The notes under the pieces were generated by a model, which was not told the origin of the DNA, searched no databases, and saw only the letters and a program-made list of their open reading frames with translations. Of a DNA stretch of 64,000 bases, positions 48,015 to 60,919 are shown one piece after another. The stretch is from positions 1,426,001-1,490,000 of the forward strand of contig NW_027361722.1 in NCBI RefSeq assembly GCF_039654945.1, in the 5' to 3' direction. Numbering within the stretch: position 1 is the stretch's first letter; every line of letters begins with the position of its first letter. This DNA comes from Dendrobates tinctorius. Lineage: Eukaryota. The translations under genes and the position numbers were made by a program.

Positions 48015-51000
48015 TTCAGCTGCTGCTCATTGTGCCAATTGTGGTGCGGTCGACACTGATCCTGCGAATCAAAACCTCACTACCCAGGGACCTGCTCTCT
48101 CTCCTACCCAGGGAGGGAGAGGGTTTCCTGGGACGAGTGAAGGAGCCAAGTCCCAGGGTTCTGTTTCCCAGACCAGGCTGGCGGGGAGCAGAAGAAACCA
48201 GCAACCGGCCTGCACATCAGAGAACACAGGGGTGAGACGCTCCACCAGGACTCGCAGCAATGTGGCTCCTACTCCCCCCGGGTCTGCAGTGTCCCAGAGA
48301 AGCCGCAAGGCTTCCAACATGGAGGAGAAGCCTGCGAGCAGCGATCAAGATGGCGGTCCTTCCGGAGGAAAGCTGAGTGCTCATGGAGGTGAGGCCGACC
48401 TCACTGAAAAAGGTTAGGGGCTGCAGAGACTCCAGGAGTCTGTGTCCACCTATGCCTCCCGGGTCACGAGCCACCTCCGTGAGTATGAGGATGCAAGCAA
48501 GACCATCAGGAGGCTCCGGGAGGAGCTACGCTGCCCAAGCGCCAAAGCTGCAGGTGCCTCCAAACCGGGGAAGAATCAGCTGCAGGCGGAGGTAAAGAGA
48601 CTAAAAGTTGAAATCAATGAGCTTGAAGTCAGAAAAGCTTTCATCAGAGAAAGAAAGTGGACAGTTTAAGGAAAAGCTTATAAATGAAGACAGATTCAGA
48701 GCCGTGGCTGATACCACAGAGCAAAGGCAGATGGGGCTGCAGCCTGAGAGCCAGGTGGATGATGATGATGATGATGACGACGACCAGCAGAAAGCCCCAC
48801 CTGGCAGCCTGCAAAGTCACCCGCAGGCCTCGTGCAGCGAGCTCCCTAATGGACAGGCGACATTGGCAGCTGGTCGGAGTTCTGCTGGCTCTGGGGAGGA
48901 CAGTGACAACAGCGGCCAGGGAGGGGCTCTAATGGCGGAGATAAAGCTCCTGGAGTCCCCAGTGTGCCTTCAGAACTTCCATCTTGGTGGCAATTTACAA
49001 GAGGAGGCACCTGGGGGCCAGAAGACAAAGGGAAAAAGGAAAGACCACCAAGCCAAAGCTCCAGGAAGCGGTAAGCTATGTATATGCCCCCCTCCCTGTA
49101 CCCCCAGGGTCAGCTAGCTGTATAAGCCCCGTTGCCCAGCCCAGCCCGGGTTATGCTGTGGATCTGGTGCAAAGGCGCGGGGAGAGTACAGAGCACGGTA
49201 GTGAGGCGCAGAGCTCCGTCTCTGCTTGTAGTAGCAGGGACGTAGCAGGAGGTGCATCAGCCGAGAGGCTGGACAGTGAGGGAGGCCTGACAGCAGGCAT
49301 ACGGTTAGGCCACAATACTGTGGTGCACTGGGAGGGGGGAGCGGCCCAGTGTCGGGGGTAGCTCCGGTAGCCTCGGCGCCCCTGAATGCTGTTGCCGCTG
49401 ATCACTTAGTTGAGAATTGGCCGCAGTGTGAGGGGGCTGTTGGGGCTGGGCGTTCTGATCCTCCCAAAGTCCTATTCTGCGTTGGCGCTGCTGGTCAGCA
49501 AGATCCTGATATAAAGGATCAGCGGCAAGAGATCAGTGGTGTCTGATGTCAACTGAAACAGTGGAAATTACCAGCTGATAATGCGGAGGGCACACGCGAG
49601 ACCAGGAGTGAGTTCGCCTCCAGTTCTGTGGAGGAGACTGAGCCCCTTGTGCCTGAAGATGCGGAGGTCAAAATGTCACCCCCTGTTGTCACTGGTCCAG
49701 CAGGAGAGAATGTGGTGGGAGGCGTGGATGAGGAAATTTCTTTGTCTAGTGGTGTGGTTGCTGGTTTGGTGGAGAGTGAGGGAGTTATGGAGGGGGGTAA
49801 TAGTGATACTGTTGGTGTTGATGTGGTCACTGGTCCGGTTGCCCCCCCGGTGGTGGCAGTACCCGCTAGTAGTTATGCCGCTGTCACCTCCAGGAGAAAT
49901 AGGGCGTCCTCATCTCCAGGGACGGCATGTTGCAGCGGCGTCTCCTGGAGGCTTTAAAGAAGGGGGAGAGATCACTAATGGTAGAGGGTCGAGAGGTTGA
50001 TCTATCCTTCTGGATAGAGAGGCATGGCCTCAGGGCCTTCCAAGAGCAAAATGGGGGAAATACAGTGTGGTTCCTTCCAACAGCCGGGCCAGGTAGTGTG
50101 CGTAGGAATGTGGTCCGTCTTCGGTGGAGGGGCAGTGATGCGTGTCCTCCAAGGTCTAAGGTTGTGGAGCTCCTGCTGAAGATGGGCTTAAAGGCTATTG
50201 ACATCTACGCCTTGATACATCCCTATTCCACGCCTGAGTTTGATGTCAGCTTTGTTCGGCCAGAGGGGCTTGAGCTCTTCTGGTGGAATTAGGAGTTGGC
50301 AAAAATTGAGCCCGGCTGGCGAGACTTTGCCATCCAGGCGGTGTCTCGCCAAAATCAAGTCAAGAAAGTGACCGTGATGACTTGTAACGAGTCGCTTTTT
50401 TGTTATGACATCACGACATGGCTTGGCAGATATGGAGAGGTGGTGGAGATGCCGAAGAAGAACCGTGACGAGTTTGATATGTGGTCAGGGGCCTGGACGC
50501 TTATTGTAAAACTTAAGCGTTCAGGTGGTACGGTTGCCCACATTCCATCATCTGCCTTCCTGGGTAGGGATCGTGTCCAGGTCTTCTACCAGCGCAACCG
50601 AAGCTCTGTCACAGGTGCGGCGACCCCACACACTTCAGTGCAAACTGCACTGTGCAGAAATGTGCATTGTGTGGGGATATCGGCCATCTAGTTGCATCTT
50701 GTGTGAAGATTAGGTGCCACCTGTGTGGTGACTTAGGTCACCCATTCAACCGTTGTCCTCACTCCTTCGCTAATGCAGTCGTGACCCCGGTGGGAGAAAG
50801 CAGTGAGGCTGATTCTGCTGGGGAAGGGACTAGCAGGGGTGAGGGAGCTGAGGGGCCAAGGAGGAAAAGCAATAAAAAGACGCCTGCCCAGCTAAGGCGT
50901 CTAGACAAGCGCAGACAGGAGAGGGAGCGGGGCGAGCCCCGTGCTACTGCGGTGACCCCTGTCCTGGACGCCAGTCTTGCTGCTGAGGCCCCGAGGGATG

Positions 51001-54000
51001 ATAAGTTGGATGAGGAGATCAGGAGGATCCACAGGGAGGAAACTGCCACTGCCTCCAAATCCTCCCATTATGAAAGTATGGATGAGGATAATAGGCAGTG
51101 GCTAGAGGACAAGCGTAAGCTCGGCACCAAAAGGAAGAGAAAGAAGGGAGATAAAACATCTCCCGTACTCTGGTTGGTCTTTCTAACTGGTTCCAAGCCC
51201 TTGAGAACATCTCTTCCTCTGAGGAGGAGGCTGAGATTCCAGCTTCGGCGGAGCTTACAGGGGGTGCCAAGTCTCCTTCTTCTGGGAATGTAAGGTCCCT
51301 GGAGGGAGGGACTGGCCAGGAGTCCGGAGACGAGGACGACAAAAAGAAAAAACACGTGGGAATGGACACCTCTGTGTCGTTCAAGAGGGGGAAGGATTCC
51401 TCCTCTGAGGCAGAGGATAAGGGGAGTGGGAAGAAAGCCATCTATCTCAATCACCAATGATGGCAGTACCCACTCTGTTGACGCTGGCATCCATTAATGT
51501 CGCCAGCATAAAGTCAAATACAGCTAGATATGCAGCCTTTGATTTTCTCAGCCGTGTTGAAGCTGACATTTTCTTTTTGCAAGAGACCAGACTGCCAAAC
51601 ATGGCAGACGTGTTTAAAGCCAAGAGGGAGTGGAGACTCGGGCCCTCCTATTGGTCTCTTGTGGCCGAGCCGTATAGCGGAGTGGCGGTCCTTTTTACCG
51701 CACCGGTGGAATGCCGACGGGTTATTGAGTTAGAAATGGGGAGGTGCCTGATCTTAGATGTCCTCATGAAGGGACAAGAGCTCCGGCTTATTAACATCTA
51801 TGGTCCCCAAACTAAATGGGACCGGAAGTGTCTCTTTATGAGGATCAAGCCCTACCTTTTTACAAGTCGAATCAAATAGCCAGGGTGTATCAACCAATGT
51901 CAAATTTGTCTAGATAGCAAATTGGTATGCTTAAGATAAAACGTAACTTTTAATTACCCATTAAAAAGTAGAAAAGTGCCAAAATAGTGCAAAAAGTGCT
52001 TGTGCAAAGTGCATAAAATCACAAACCGTACTATGTCGCCTCAATATTCTATATGTAAGGATGAAGAAATGCAGGCGCGAAAGTATCTTATTGCACCTTA
52101 ATGTATATTCAGGTGTTCCTATTGTATGAACACAACTGAAAAAAATCCTAGACAAAGGACCTATTAATTGGTGCAACCAAAATACAGCCTTAGGTCTCTA
52201 GTGGCAGCAAATATGTCTTTCATACATGCGACATAAATCTTCTAATATTCAACATGTTTAGACATAGATACAAATGCGCTAATGGATTAAACAGTGTGAT
52301 TTGCACATCTCTCATAGAACACTGTGTGTAGGAGTTGATTCCTCCACAAAACACTGCAGTACTATTATTCTTATGGTAGACTTAAAAGCAGATCCACTGT
52401 ACTTATCTTCTTATAGTACACTCATAATGGAAGGGATACCAGGTTCAGCATATTTCCATGCCCGCAAAGGTGGCCTAGTTCCCTGCATTTATTGGGTGAT
52501 AAATGCAGGGAACTAGGCCACTTTTGCGGGCATGGAAATATGCTGAACCTGGTATCCCTTCCATTATGAGTGTACTATAAGAAGATAAAAGCAGATCCAC
52601 TGTACTTATCTTAAGTCTACCATAAGAATAATAGTACTGCAGTGTTTTGTGGAGGAATCAACTCCTACACACAGTGTTCTATGAGAGATATGGAAATCAC
52701 ACTGTTTAATCCATTAGTGCATTTGTATCTATGTCTAAACATGTTGAATATTTGAAGATTTATGTCGCATGTATGAAAGACATATTTGCTGCCACTAGAG
52801 ACCTAAGGCTGTATTTTGGTTGCAGCAATTAATAGGTCCTTTGTCTAGGATTTTTCAGTTGTGTTCATACAATAGGAACACCTGAATATACATTAAGGTG
52901 CAATAAGATACTTGCGCACCTGCATTTCTTCGTCCTTACATATAGAATATTGAGGCGACACAGTACGGTTTGTGATTTTATGCACTTTGCACAAGCACTT
53001 TTTCCACTATTTTGGTACTTTTCTACTTTTTAATGGGTAATTAAAAGTTACGTTTTATCTTAAGCATACCAATTTGCTATCTAGACTTTTTACAAGTCGG
53101 CAGGTTGTCTTTGGAGGGGACTTCAATACTGTCATGAGGCCCCGAGATAGGAGGTTCCAGAGACAAGCTGACTTATGATAGCGTTGCCCCTAATTGTATA
53201 GCTAGTGAGGCTCGCCTGGTGGATGTCCACATTCGGCACACCCCAGGCCACGAGGGGTTCACCTATCAGAGGTAACTGGAGGTCCAGAATAGATAGCTTC
53301 CTCCTTTAAATAAAACCTGTCTCTTCAGCAGTGTCTGATGTTGAGGTGGAGTTCTCCAACCACTGTTTAATTTTGTTTTCTCTGAATGTTACAGAGACCC
53401 TCCGGATGGGAAGAGGCTTTTGGAGGCTCAATTCATCTCTCTTGGAAGAAGCAGACACAAGAGCCAGGTACCCTTACTGAATCTTTGTAGTAGTACGTCA
53501 GAGTGGTGGGAGATGTTCAAGAAAACGGTGGCGAGATTCTTCCTCCAGCTCCCGAGCCTCAGGAGTATGAACAGGTACCGCCTGTATCAGGGTCTGAGGA
53601 GGAGACTCAAGCATCTGAACTGGAGGTAGCCGCGAGGAGATCTCCAGAGTGAAATCTTTGCTCATGAGGTGTCAGTACGATAGACACGCATCTTTGGTTT
53701 TTGAGAGGGATTATGGAAAGTACCGCTCGCCCGACCCTTACAGAAACTGCAAGAATAGTCGGTGAATAGTAAAGTGGTTACAGGACTGGTCGACACTACA
53801 GGGTTCCTGAGGCGATCCAGATCAGGATCCTTCTACTCGCACCTCTTGGGGGGGGGGGGGGAAGAGGGATCTTGATTGGGATGAGATGTCGGCTTTCCTG
53901 GCTGAAGCCGTTCCTGAACCAGGGGGTAGACCCCTCTCTTGACGTTTTGACAGAGACGATCAGGGAAGAAGAAGTTAAGTCGGCGATTGAAGGGCTTGCC

Positions 54001-54262
54001 CCAAAAAAAAAAAAAAGTCACCCGGTCCAGATGGCTTAACATCTGAGTTCTATAAGACCTTTATGGACGCTTTGGTTCCCCTCTTGACTGAGGTATTCAA
54101 TGAGTGTCTTTCCTCGGGCACTGTGCCAGAGTCAATGAGGAGGTCTGCCCTGATAATCTTGTCAAAGGGTAAGGACCCATCCTGCATTGAGAATTGGCGT
54201 CCCATAGCGCTTCTCAATGCAGACAGGAAGGTTCTGGCAAAGGTGCTGTTTAATCGGCTGGT
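48015..54262 (+). mobile_element. Tx1-clade non-LTR retrotransposon 2, 3'-truncated in early RT
   Basis: ORF1 paralogous to element 1 (YASRVTSHLREYE.., RRNVVRLRWRG.., CCHC knuckles). ORF2 MMAVPTLLTLASINVASIK..LQETRL.. to WRPIALLNADRKVLAKVLFNRL. Confidence 0.9.
51870..53085. mobile_element. 1.2-kb palindromic insertion (probable inverted Penelope-like fragment) with 14-bp TSD
   Basis: Arms 51908-52492 and 52499-53086 are reverse complements around a 6-nt loop; CTTTTTACAAGTCG is duplicated at 51856-51869 and 53086-53099; Tx1 ORF2 (..LFTSR|QVVFGGDFN) resumes after it. Confidence 0.85.
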
Positions 54263-54630
54263 TATGTCATAGCTGAGGTGTACGGTATGGCAGGAGATGG
54301 ATGTTATACACTGGTCGGGGATTGGACTAAAAGGGAAAACCTGAGCTCAATAATTAAGGCATTTGGCTCAATGCTTCTCCCCATATCGTGTGAGGGCGCA
54401 CCGACTCTGCACGGTGGGCGCACTCATTGTACATGTACTGCCAACCAGCAAAGGGTTTCCTGCTCGTCTTTCGTCTCTTACATATGGATTAAACACGAGA
54501 AAACATTAAGTGTGAGAATAAATACAATATCGGACCTCAGGTGGTGAATGTTCCCGCTCACTGTGGTGGTCACCATAAGCCTCATGTTACTCCCCTATAT
54601 ACTGTACAGGAGAATGAGCCGTGCACTTAC

Positions 54631-54669
54631 CGCGTTTCCATCCCGTGAGAAGTATCTTTTCTCTATTAC
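54631..54669 (-). CDS. RABL3: RABL3 coding exon 7 (39 nt)
   Basis: VIEKRYFSRDGNA; cag acceptor, gtaagt donor. Confidence 0.95.
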
Positions 54670-54898
54670 CTGAAATGGAAGGAGATCCTGTGAGGTCAAT
54701 CAGGCATGACAGCGCAGATACGGGAGAGCGACAAACAAAGCGTGGCACCATCGTGCGATACACTGCTTCACCCAGGAAGACAAGAGCTGCACGCAAGATA
54801 TTCTCCCTGTTATCAGCCATTGCAGGCAGTGAAGAGATTGATGGTAGTGATCATCAATAGGATCACTGCCTCTTCATCATTGCGTTATATCCAGCACC

Positions 54899-55268
54899 GA
54901 TATCAGCCCCTCTTATAACGCTCCAGTACTGATATATCCTCCAGACATTACACCATATGTGACTGATATCAGCCCCTCTTATAACGCTCCAGTCCTGATA
55001 TATCCTCCAGACATTACACCATATGTGACTGATATCAGCCCCTCTTAAAACGCTACAGCACTGATCTAACCCCCAGACATTACACCATATGTGACTGATA
55101 TCAGCCCCTCTTATAACGCTCCAGTACTGATATAACCCCCAGACATTACACCATATGTGACTGATATCAGCCCCTCTTATAACGCTCCAGTGCTGATATA
55201 ACCTCCAGACATTACACCATATGTGACTGATATCAGCCCCTCTTATAACGCTCCAGCGCTGATATAAG
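54899..55268. repeat. 66-bp minisatellite, ~5.5 copies
   Basis: TATCAGCCCCTCTTATAACGCTCCAG.. recurs at 54901, 54967, 55033 and onward. Confidence 0.93.
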
Positions 55269-55301
55269 CGGTGGATTTTGGCTGAGCTGACAATCTGTTA
55301 C

Positions 55302-55373
55302 CTTATCGAAGAATCTGCTGACTTTGACAGCGTTGGATGACCCGGCGGCGAGGTACCGTGTGTTAGTGCAGTC
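55302..55373 (-). CDS. RABL3: RABL3 coding exon 6 (72 nt)
   Basis: [24 protein letters not shown]; cag acceptor, gtaaca donor. Confidence 0.97.
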
Positions 55374-55402
55374 CTGTATAGAGGGAGGACATCACAGCAT
55401 TA

Positions 55403-55420
55403 TACTGCCCCCTGCTGGGT
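55403..55420 (-). promoter_or_regulatory. Candidate CTCF site in RABL3 intron 5
   Basis: Minus strand reads CCCAGCAGGGGGCAGTA, a consensus CTCF core. Confidence 0.55.
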
Positions 55421-55667
55421 AAATAACCCATATTTTTTGCATAGTGAACGTTATAATTACATTAGACCCCCAATTCCTCAGCACTTGCTGTTATGATTGT
55501 GTACGCTGCCCGGTAAAAACACTGCATCTCTCACACGGCCTCACACGATGAAGCAGCGTCATGGTGAGGCTCTGTGGCCTGAGAGCAGCAGAATTGGGAT
55601 TTCAGCTCTAGCTGAATCCAGAATACAATGAGGACAATATAACAAGACCTTTCAGTGTCTTCCTTAC

Positions 55668-55818
55668 CAGATTTATCTCCTCTGCATTGAAATCCTCGGC
55701 CAGGAACGCCGTGCGGGTGAGAACCTCGTTACGCTTCGCCTCTGGGATCTGGTCTAGCTTGGTGCCGATCACTAGAAGTGGGATCTGGTTATCTGCAAAG
55801 TTCTCCCGGTCGTAATCC
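55668..55818 (-). CDS. RABL3: RABL3 coding exon 5 (151 nt)
   Basis: (G)[50 protein letters not shown]; tag acceptor, gtaagg donor. Confidence 0.97.
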
Positions 55819-56271
55819 CTACAGGAGCAGTGAGAGGGAGGTCAGCACGGGATCACTGAAAAGCATCTGACAACAAAGATGGCCGACATTATAGCGCCCC
55901 CAGAGGGTGCTCAGACTTCTCATGTAATCTGCTCATGGGGAAGGAAAGTTGGGCGTCAGTAGGCGATATAATGGCACCGTGTGCAGAATTAAATGCAAAT
56001 TTTCCCTCTCACTTGATTTTCCCCATCTGATACAGAGACAGAATAAAAACCGAACATCAAATGTACAAAATCCATTTCTGACATTTCCATAAATCACAGT
56101 GCGATATACTAATACAGTGGCAGGTAAAAGTTTGTGCACCCCTGCTCTAAATTACTGTTATTGTGAACAGTTAAGCAAGTTGAAGATTAATTGATCTCTA
56201 AAAGGGATAAAGATGACACTGCCTTTATTTTATTTTTATTTTTTTTTCGGAGAAGAAAAATAAAAAATATA

Positions 56272-56360
56272 CACTGCTCAAAGAAAATAAACAGTTTGAT
56301 TTCACAGAAGTTTGATTTCCTTGGAGTTATAAAGTGTTCCCTTTATTTTTTTGAGCAGTG
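56272..56360. mobile_element. 89-bp internally deleted Tc1 (TIR-only)
   Basis: TA|CACTGCTCAAAGAAAATAAA ... TTTATTTTTTTGAGCAGTG|TA. Confidence 0.8.
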
Positions 56361-56401
56361 TATATATTTTTTCATTTTTAAAAACTACAAAAAAGGAAAG
56401 T

Positions 56402-59400
56402 GGGGGGCGTGGCTATGCCGTGAGAGGGAGAGGACGCTAGTGGAGAGAGCTCCTCATAATCCTGCCATGTCCTGGTCCCGAGACCTTTTCTGGCGGCTCA
56501 CCTGCTGCTGGCTGGACCTCCCTCGGACGCTGGGACCCCTTGGGCGCTTTGTGGCAGGTCGGGAGACGGATCCTGAGAGCGGGCGACGGGGGGAGATAAG
56601 AGCGGGCGGGTGGTTCTCCCACGAGGCGGCGGCCATCTTGGGCGCGCAGCTCAACTGCTGAGAGCTGCAGCGCCGGCTTCCCACTGCTGCACCGCCACCG
56701 GGCAGAGAAGAAATCTGACTGACAATCCGGGGGGAGCGCGAGGCGAGTGCCCTGGGAAACGGGCCCCTGCGCGGTATCCCTCTCTGCCCATCTACTCACT
56801 ACCGGCTGGCGCCATCATTAAGGGAGGCTTTGTGCACCCTCCCTCACTGCAGCTGCCTCTGCGGGACCCCCTCCCCGTGCCATAAAGATCATCTGGACTG
56901 TGCCTAGCTGCTGCCCTGGTAATCCCTCAAACGTCCCTCTGTAGCTTGATTCACAAGTAACTGTTACCAGCCCGCTGTGATACCCATCTGTAGTGGGCAA
57001 TACCTGGATTGCACACCTTAATTTGTTTTATCAGCCGCACTGCAGACAATCATGAGCCGACTTAAGGGGTCGGGAGCGGCGGAGAAATTAAAGGAGTTTG
57101 CTAGACCTGACCCCGCTGAAAGTGCGCGGCACAATAGGAGCACATCCTCTCAAGTTCAGCGCAAAAATCGCCCTTCTGGGGGTGAGGAGGAGACGGATCA
57201 GGAAGAATTGACCCTTAAACAAGTTTATACGGAGGTGGGGAGACTCCGTCAGGATATGCAGGCCATGAGGGGATGCATTACGGAGGTGGAGACGAGGGTG
57301 TCCAGGGTGGAAGATACCATTACACCTATGGAGGCTAAATTAACGAAGGTGGCGGACTCCATGAATGCCTGGAAGCAAAAGGCGGATAATTTAGAAAACA
57401 GAATGCGCAGGAATAATATACGTATTGTTGGACTGCCTGAGCGCTCGGAGGGTCAGCATCCTGAGCAGTTTCTGGAGGATTGGCTTAAGACCTCCTTAGG
57501 GGACGAATTCTCCTCAATGTTCGCCGTTAAAAGAGCTCATGGGGTCCCTACCAGACCCCTGCCTCCGGGGGCCCCACCTCGACCATTCCTGGCACACCTG
57601 CTCAACTGCAAGGACAGAGACACCATCTTACGTCTGGCGCGCCTGAAAAGTCCTATTAAATTCAATAACGTTGTCGTTTCCATCTTTCCGGACTTCTCCG
57701 TGGAGCTGCAGAAACAGCGGGCGCAGTTCTTCGAGGTCAAGATGCGACTCAGAGACAGGAACATTGTATATTCTATGATATATCCAGCCCGGCTCCGAGT
57801 TGTCCACGAGGGTTCTTCTGTATTTTTTACGGATCCGGCGGAAGCGACTAAATGGCTGCGGTCCCATGGGGGATCCCCTGCGAGGGAGTCCTAATGCGGC
57901 GACTGTTACTTCGGATCCTTTCAACCAAAGGTCTAATTGGAGCTCTCCCGGCGAGTTCCCAGATACCAGCTATACCGGTCACGTGCTCAGTGATGGTATC
58001 CCCTTATTCATTTTCTGTTGGGGGCGTAAGACTGTACGCCTATGTTACTAGGTTCCTGCATTGCTTTTGCTTTTTTAAAAGTTTTTTTTATGTTTGTCGT
58101 TGTTTAGATAGAGGATGCAGCCGACGTCAAATTCTGCTATCTGAGTGGACTCTCTGCACCTGGCTCGGGCACCATTATACACCATATTTGAATGGATGGT
58201 AATGGGCTCTGAGCTGATTTGTATGACCTGGAATGTGAGGGGCATAAAAACCCCTCACAAGAAAATTAAGGTATTCTCACAGGTCAGACATTGCCGTCCT
58301 CACATATTGGCCCTAGTGGAGACGCACCTGACCAGGGATACAGTTCGGTGGGTGCAGAAGCCGTGGGTGCAATGGTTTATGCATTCTTTTCACACCAGCT
58401 ACTCAAGGGGAGTTTCTCTGTTAATTCATAAGGATGTTCGGTGGGAGGTCAGGGAAGCCCGGAGAGACCACGAGGGACGATTTGTGTTTGTTCATGTGCT
58501 GATTGACTCTCGGAAATACGTCATCCTTTGTATTTACAATCCCCATCCGGCCAATATATCAATTCTCCAGAAGGCATTGAGCTTCGCTTTAAGTTACCCA
58601 GACGCACATGTCATCTGTATGGGAGATTTTAATCTGGTCATGCATAGCCATCTTGATAAATTGAGACTGGGCGATGGAATACAGGGTGGGGTCCCCCCCC
58701 GGGCTCATCCCAGCTGTCACAATTCATGGCGGGTAGTGGGTGGCTAGATCTATGGAGAGTGCACCATCCAAAGACAAGGGAATATACTTGCCATTCCTCC
58801 ACAAAACGCTCTCTTTCTCGCATAGACTACATTTTTGGATCCAGCGGTCAGGCGGCGTGGGTGGAGGACATTAAACACGGGAACAGGGGAGTTTCGGATC
58901 ATAGTCAGGATAAACTGGCGCCACTTTTGTTGACAGTGTTTCGTGGGATTTGGGAGGGGGAATGCATGCCGGAGTCTTTTTATGAGGCCAATAGTTCTAA
59001 AAAAGGAGGGGGAAGGACCCTTTAGATTGTGGATCTTATAGGTCTATATCACTAGTAAATGTGGATTATAAAATTTTTACAAAAATTTATTTTAGCCAAA
59101 AGAGTAAATACAGTTATATTGGATCTTGTACACCCGGGTTTTATGCCGGGTAAGAGCACTTCCACAAATATCAGACGTGTCCATTCAGTGGCCCCATATA
59201 GTTCTCTGGTACCGGATAATGAATGGGCATTGGCATCACTAGATGCGGCCAAGGCCTTTGACTCACTTGAATGGCCTTTTCTCCGTGCATGTTTGCAGAG
59301 ATATGGATTTGGCGAAAGATTCCAAAACTGGGTCAATGTCTTATACATGAAGCCCAAGGCCCGGGTCATCGTAAATAGCTCCATATCTGAATCATTTTCA

Positions 59401-59646
59401 TTGCATAGGGGAACCCGTCAGGGGTGTCCTCTTTCCCCGGCCCTTTTTGCTCTCGCTATTGAGGCGCTGGCAATTCGCATAAGATTATCCCCTGATATCG
59501 CTGGTATAGAGAGAGCGGGTCGGACGGATACCATAGGCCTATACGCTGATGATATGGTGATATTTATGGACAAAGCAGAGGAAACCCTAACAAGAGTGAT
59601 TACTACCATAAATATAGTAAATATTCTGGCCTTTACATAAATTGGG
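56402..59646 (+). mobile_element. L1-clade LINE: intact 5' UTR and ORF1, internally deleted and 3'-truncated ORF2, flanked by a TSD
   Basis: GGGGGCGTGGC start; ORF1 57052-57894 with LENRMRRNNIRIVGLPE and IFPDFS..YPARL; ORF2 TWNVRG..ETHL..GDFN..SRIDY..SDH, then LDAAKAFD, RGTRQGCPLSP, YADD; ACAAAAAAGGAAAGTGGG on both sides. Confidence 0.93.
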
Positions 59647-60919
59647 ACAAAAAAGGAAAGTGGGCCTATGTAAAAGTTTGTGCACCCTGCATGGTTAGTA
59701 CCTAGTAGCGCCCCCTTTTGCAGGTATCACAGTTTATAAACATATTGTAGCCAGACAAGAGTCTTCCTATTCTTCTCTGGGGGATTTTCCTCCTTTCTTC
59801 CTTGGAGAATTCCTCCGGTTCTGCGAGATTCCTGGGGCGTCTTGCATCCTCTGCTATTTTGAGGTCTCGCCACAGATTGTCAATGATCTACAGATCAGGG
59901 GACTGTGAGGCCATTGTAAAACCTTCATCTTGCGCCTTCTGAGGTCATCTATTGAGGATTGTGACGTGTGTTTAGTATCATTCTCCATGTGTAGAAGCAA
60001 TCCTCTTCCTCATCCTCTTCTCACCTTCAGATTTTTTTTTTTAAAGATGTTTTATGTTTGCATCAAGAATTTGTTGAAATTTCATTGAATCCATTCTTCC
60101 CTGATGTGTCTCTATATTACTTTTCCTCTGATTGTAAGGCAAATTCAGGAGAGGAACAAATACTGATGTAAAATACTGAGTGTGTGACCGTGGCCAAAGG
60201 ATAAGTGATAAGTTATAGATTGTTGGGGGTCTGACTGCTGGGACCTGCACCGATCGGCAGAATGTGACGTCTTATCCCCATTAGTATGGAGCGGCATGTA
60301 CGGCTCGACCACTGATCCAATCATTCCCTAAGGGGCTGCACTTGGCTTTCTCTGGGGGCCCCCAGAGAGGATGAATGAATCTGCGGACAGACATCCCACC
60401 TGCCGCTGCATTTTAAGATGGGGATTCAAGTTCCCCATTTTCCTGATCATTGCAGTTTCCAATGGTCGGATTCCACCGATCAGCAAGTTCTCACGGACTT
60501 AACCTGTGGATCGGTGACGTGTTTTCAGCAAACAAACATTAGTGTAAACTACCGTAATTGTACATCACAGTTATGGGGGCGCACAGCAGATGTGCAGGAG
60601 CCGCCGATGTTTTACAGTCGACCCTCCACTATATCGGGAAGAGCGGCTAACAGATACTTGCATATAGCTGTAGGGAGGGGGTGTCTAGGGTCAATTCCCC
60701 CTGTGACCCCAAACACCTCAGTCCAACCTTGGCAGCGCCAATTTGCACCTCACTTGTGTCTGAGGGTAAGAAGAGATCTATGGCCGGCACTGATCCAGCC
60801 ACGGCCCATCCACATGCTTCGTCTAGATTCACACTCATCTCATCCGTCCATAAAAGCTGGAAACATTCTGTACCAGATATTTCTTGATTCAGTCCTGACA
60901 TGTCCACTTTGTCTTGCTC

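Larger units (their letters stand above)
56115..60105 (-). mobile_element. Truncated Tc1-like element hosting a mini-Tc1 and an L1
   Basis: TA|CAGTGGCAGGTAAAAGTTTGTGCACCC TIR; internal direct repeat TAAAAGTTTGTGCACCC at ~59670; degenerate transposase C-terminus on the minus strand at ~59695-60105. Confidence 0.75.

Noticed and set aside
49927-50760. Host ZCCHC3-like gene
   Set aside because: Contains stops and frameshifts and is followed by Tx1 ORF2; it is retroelement ORF1.
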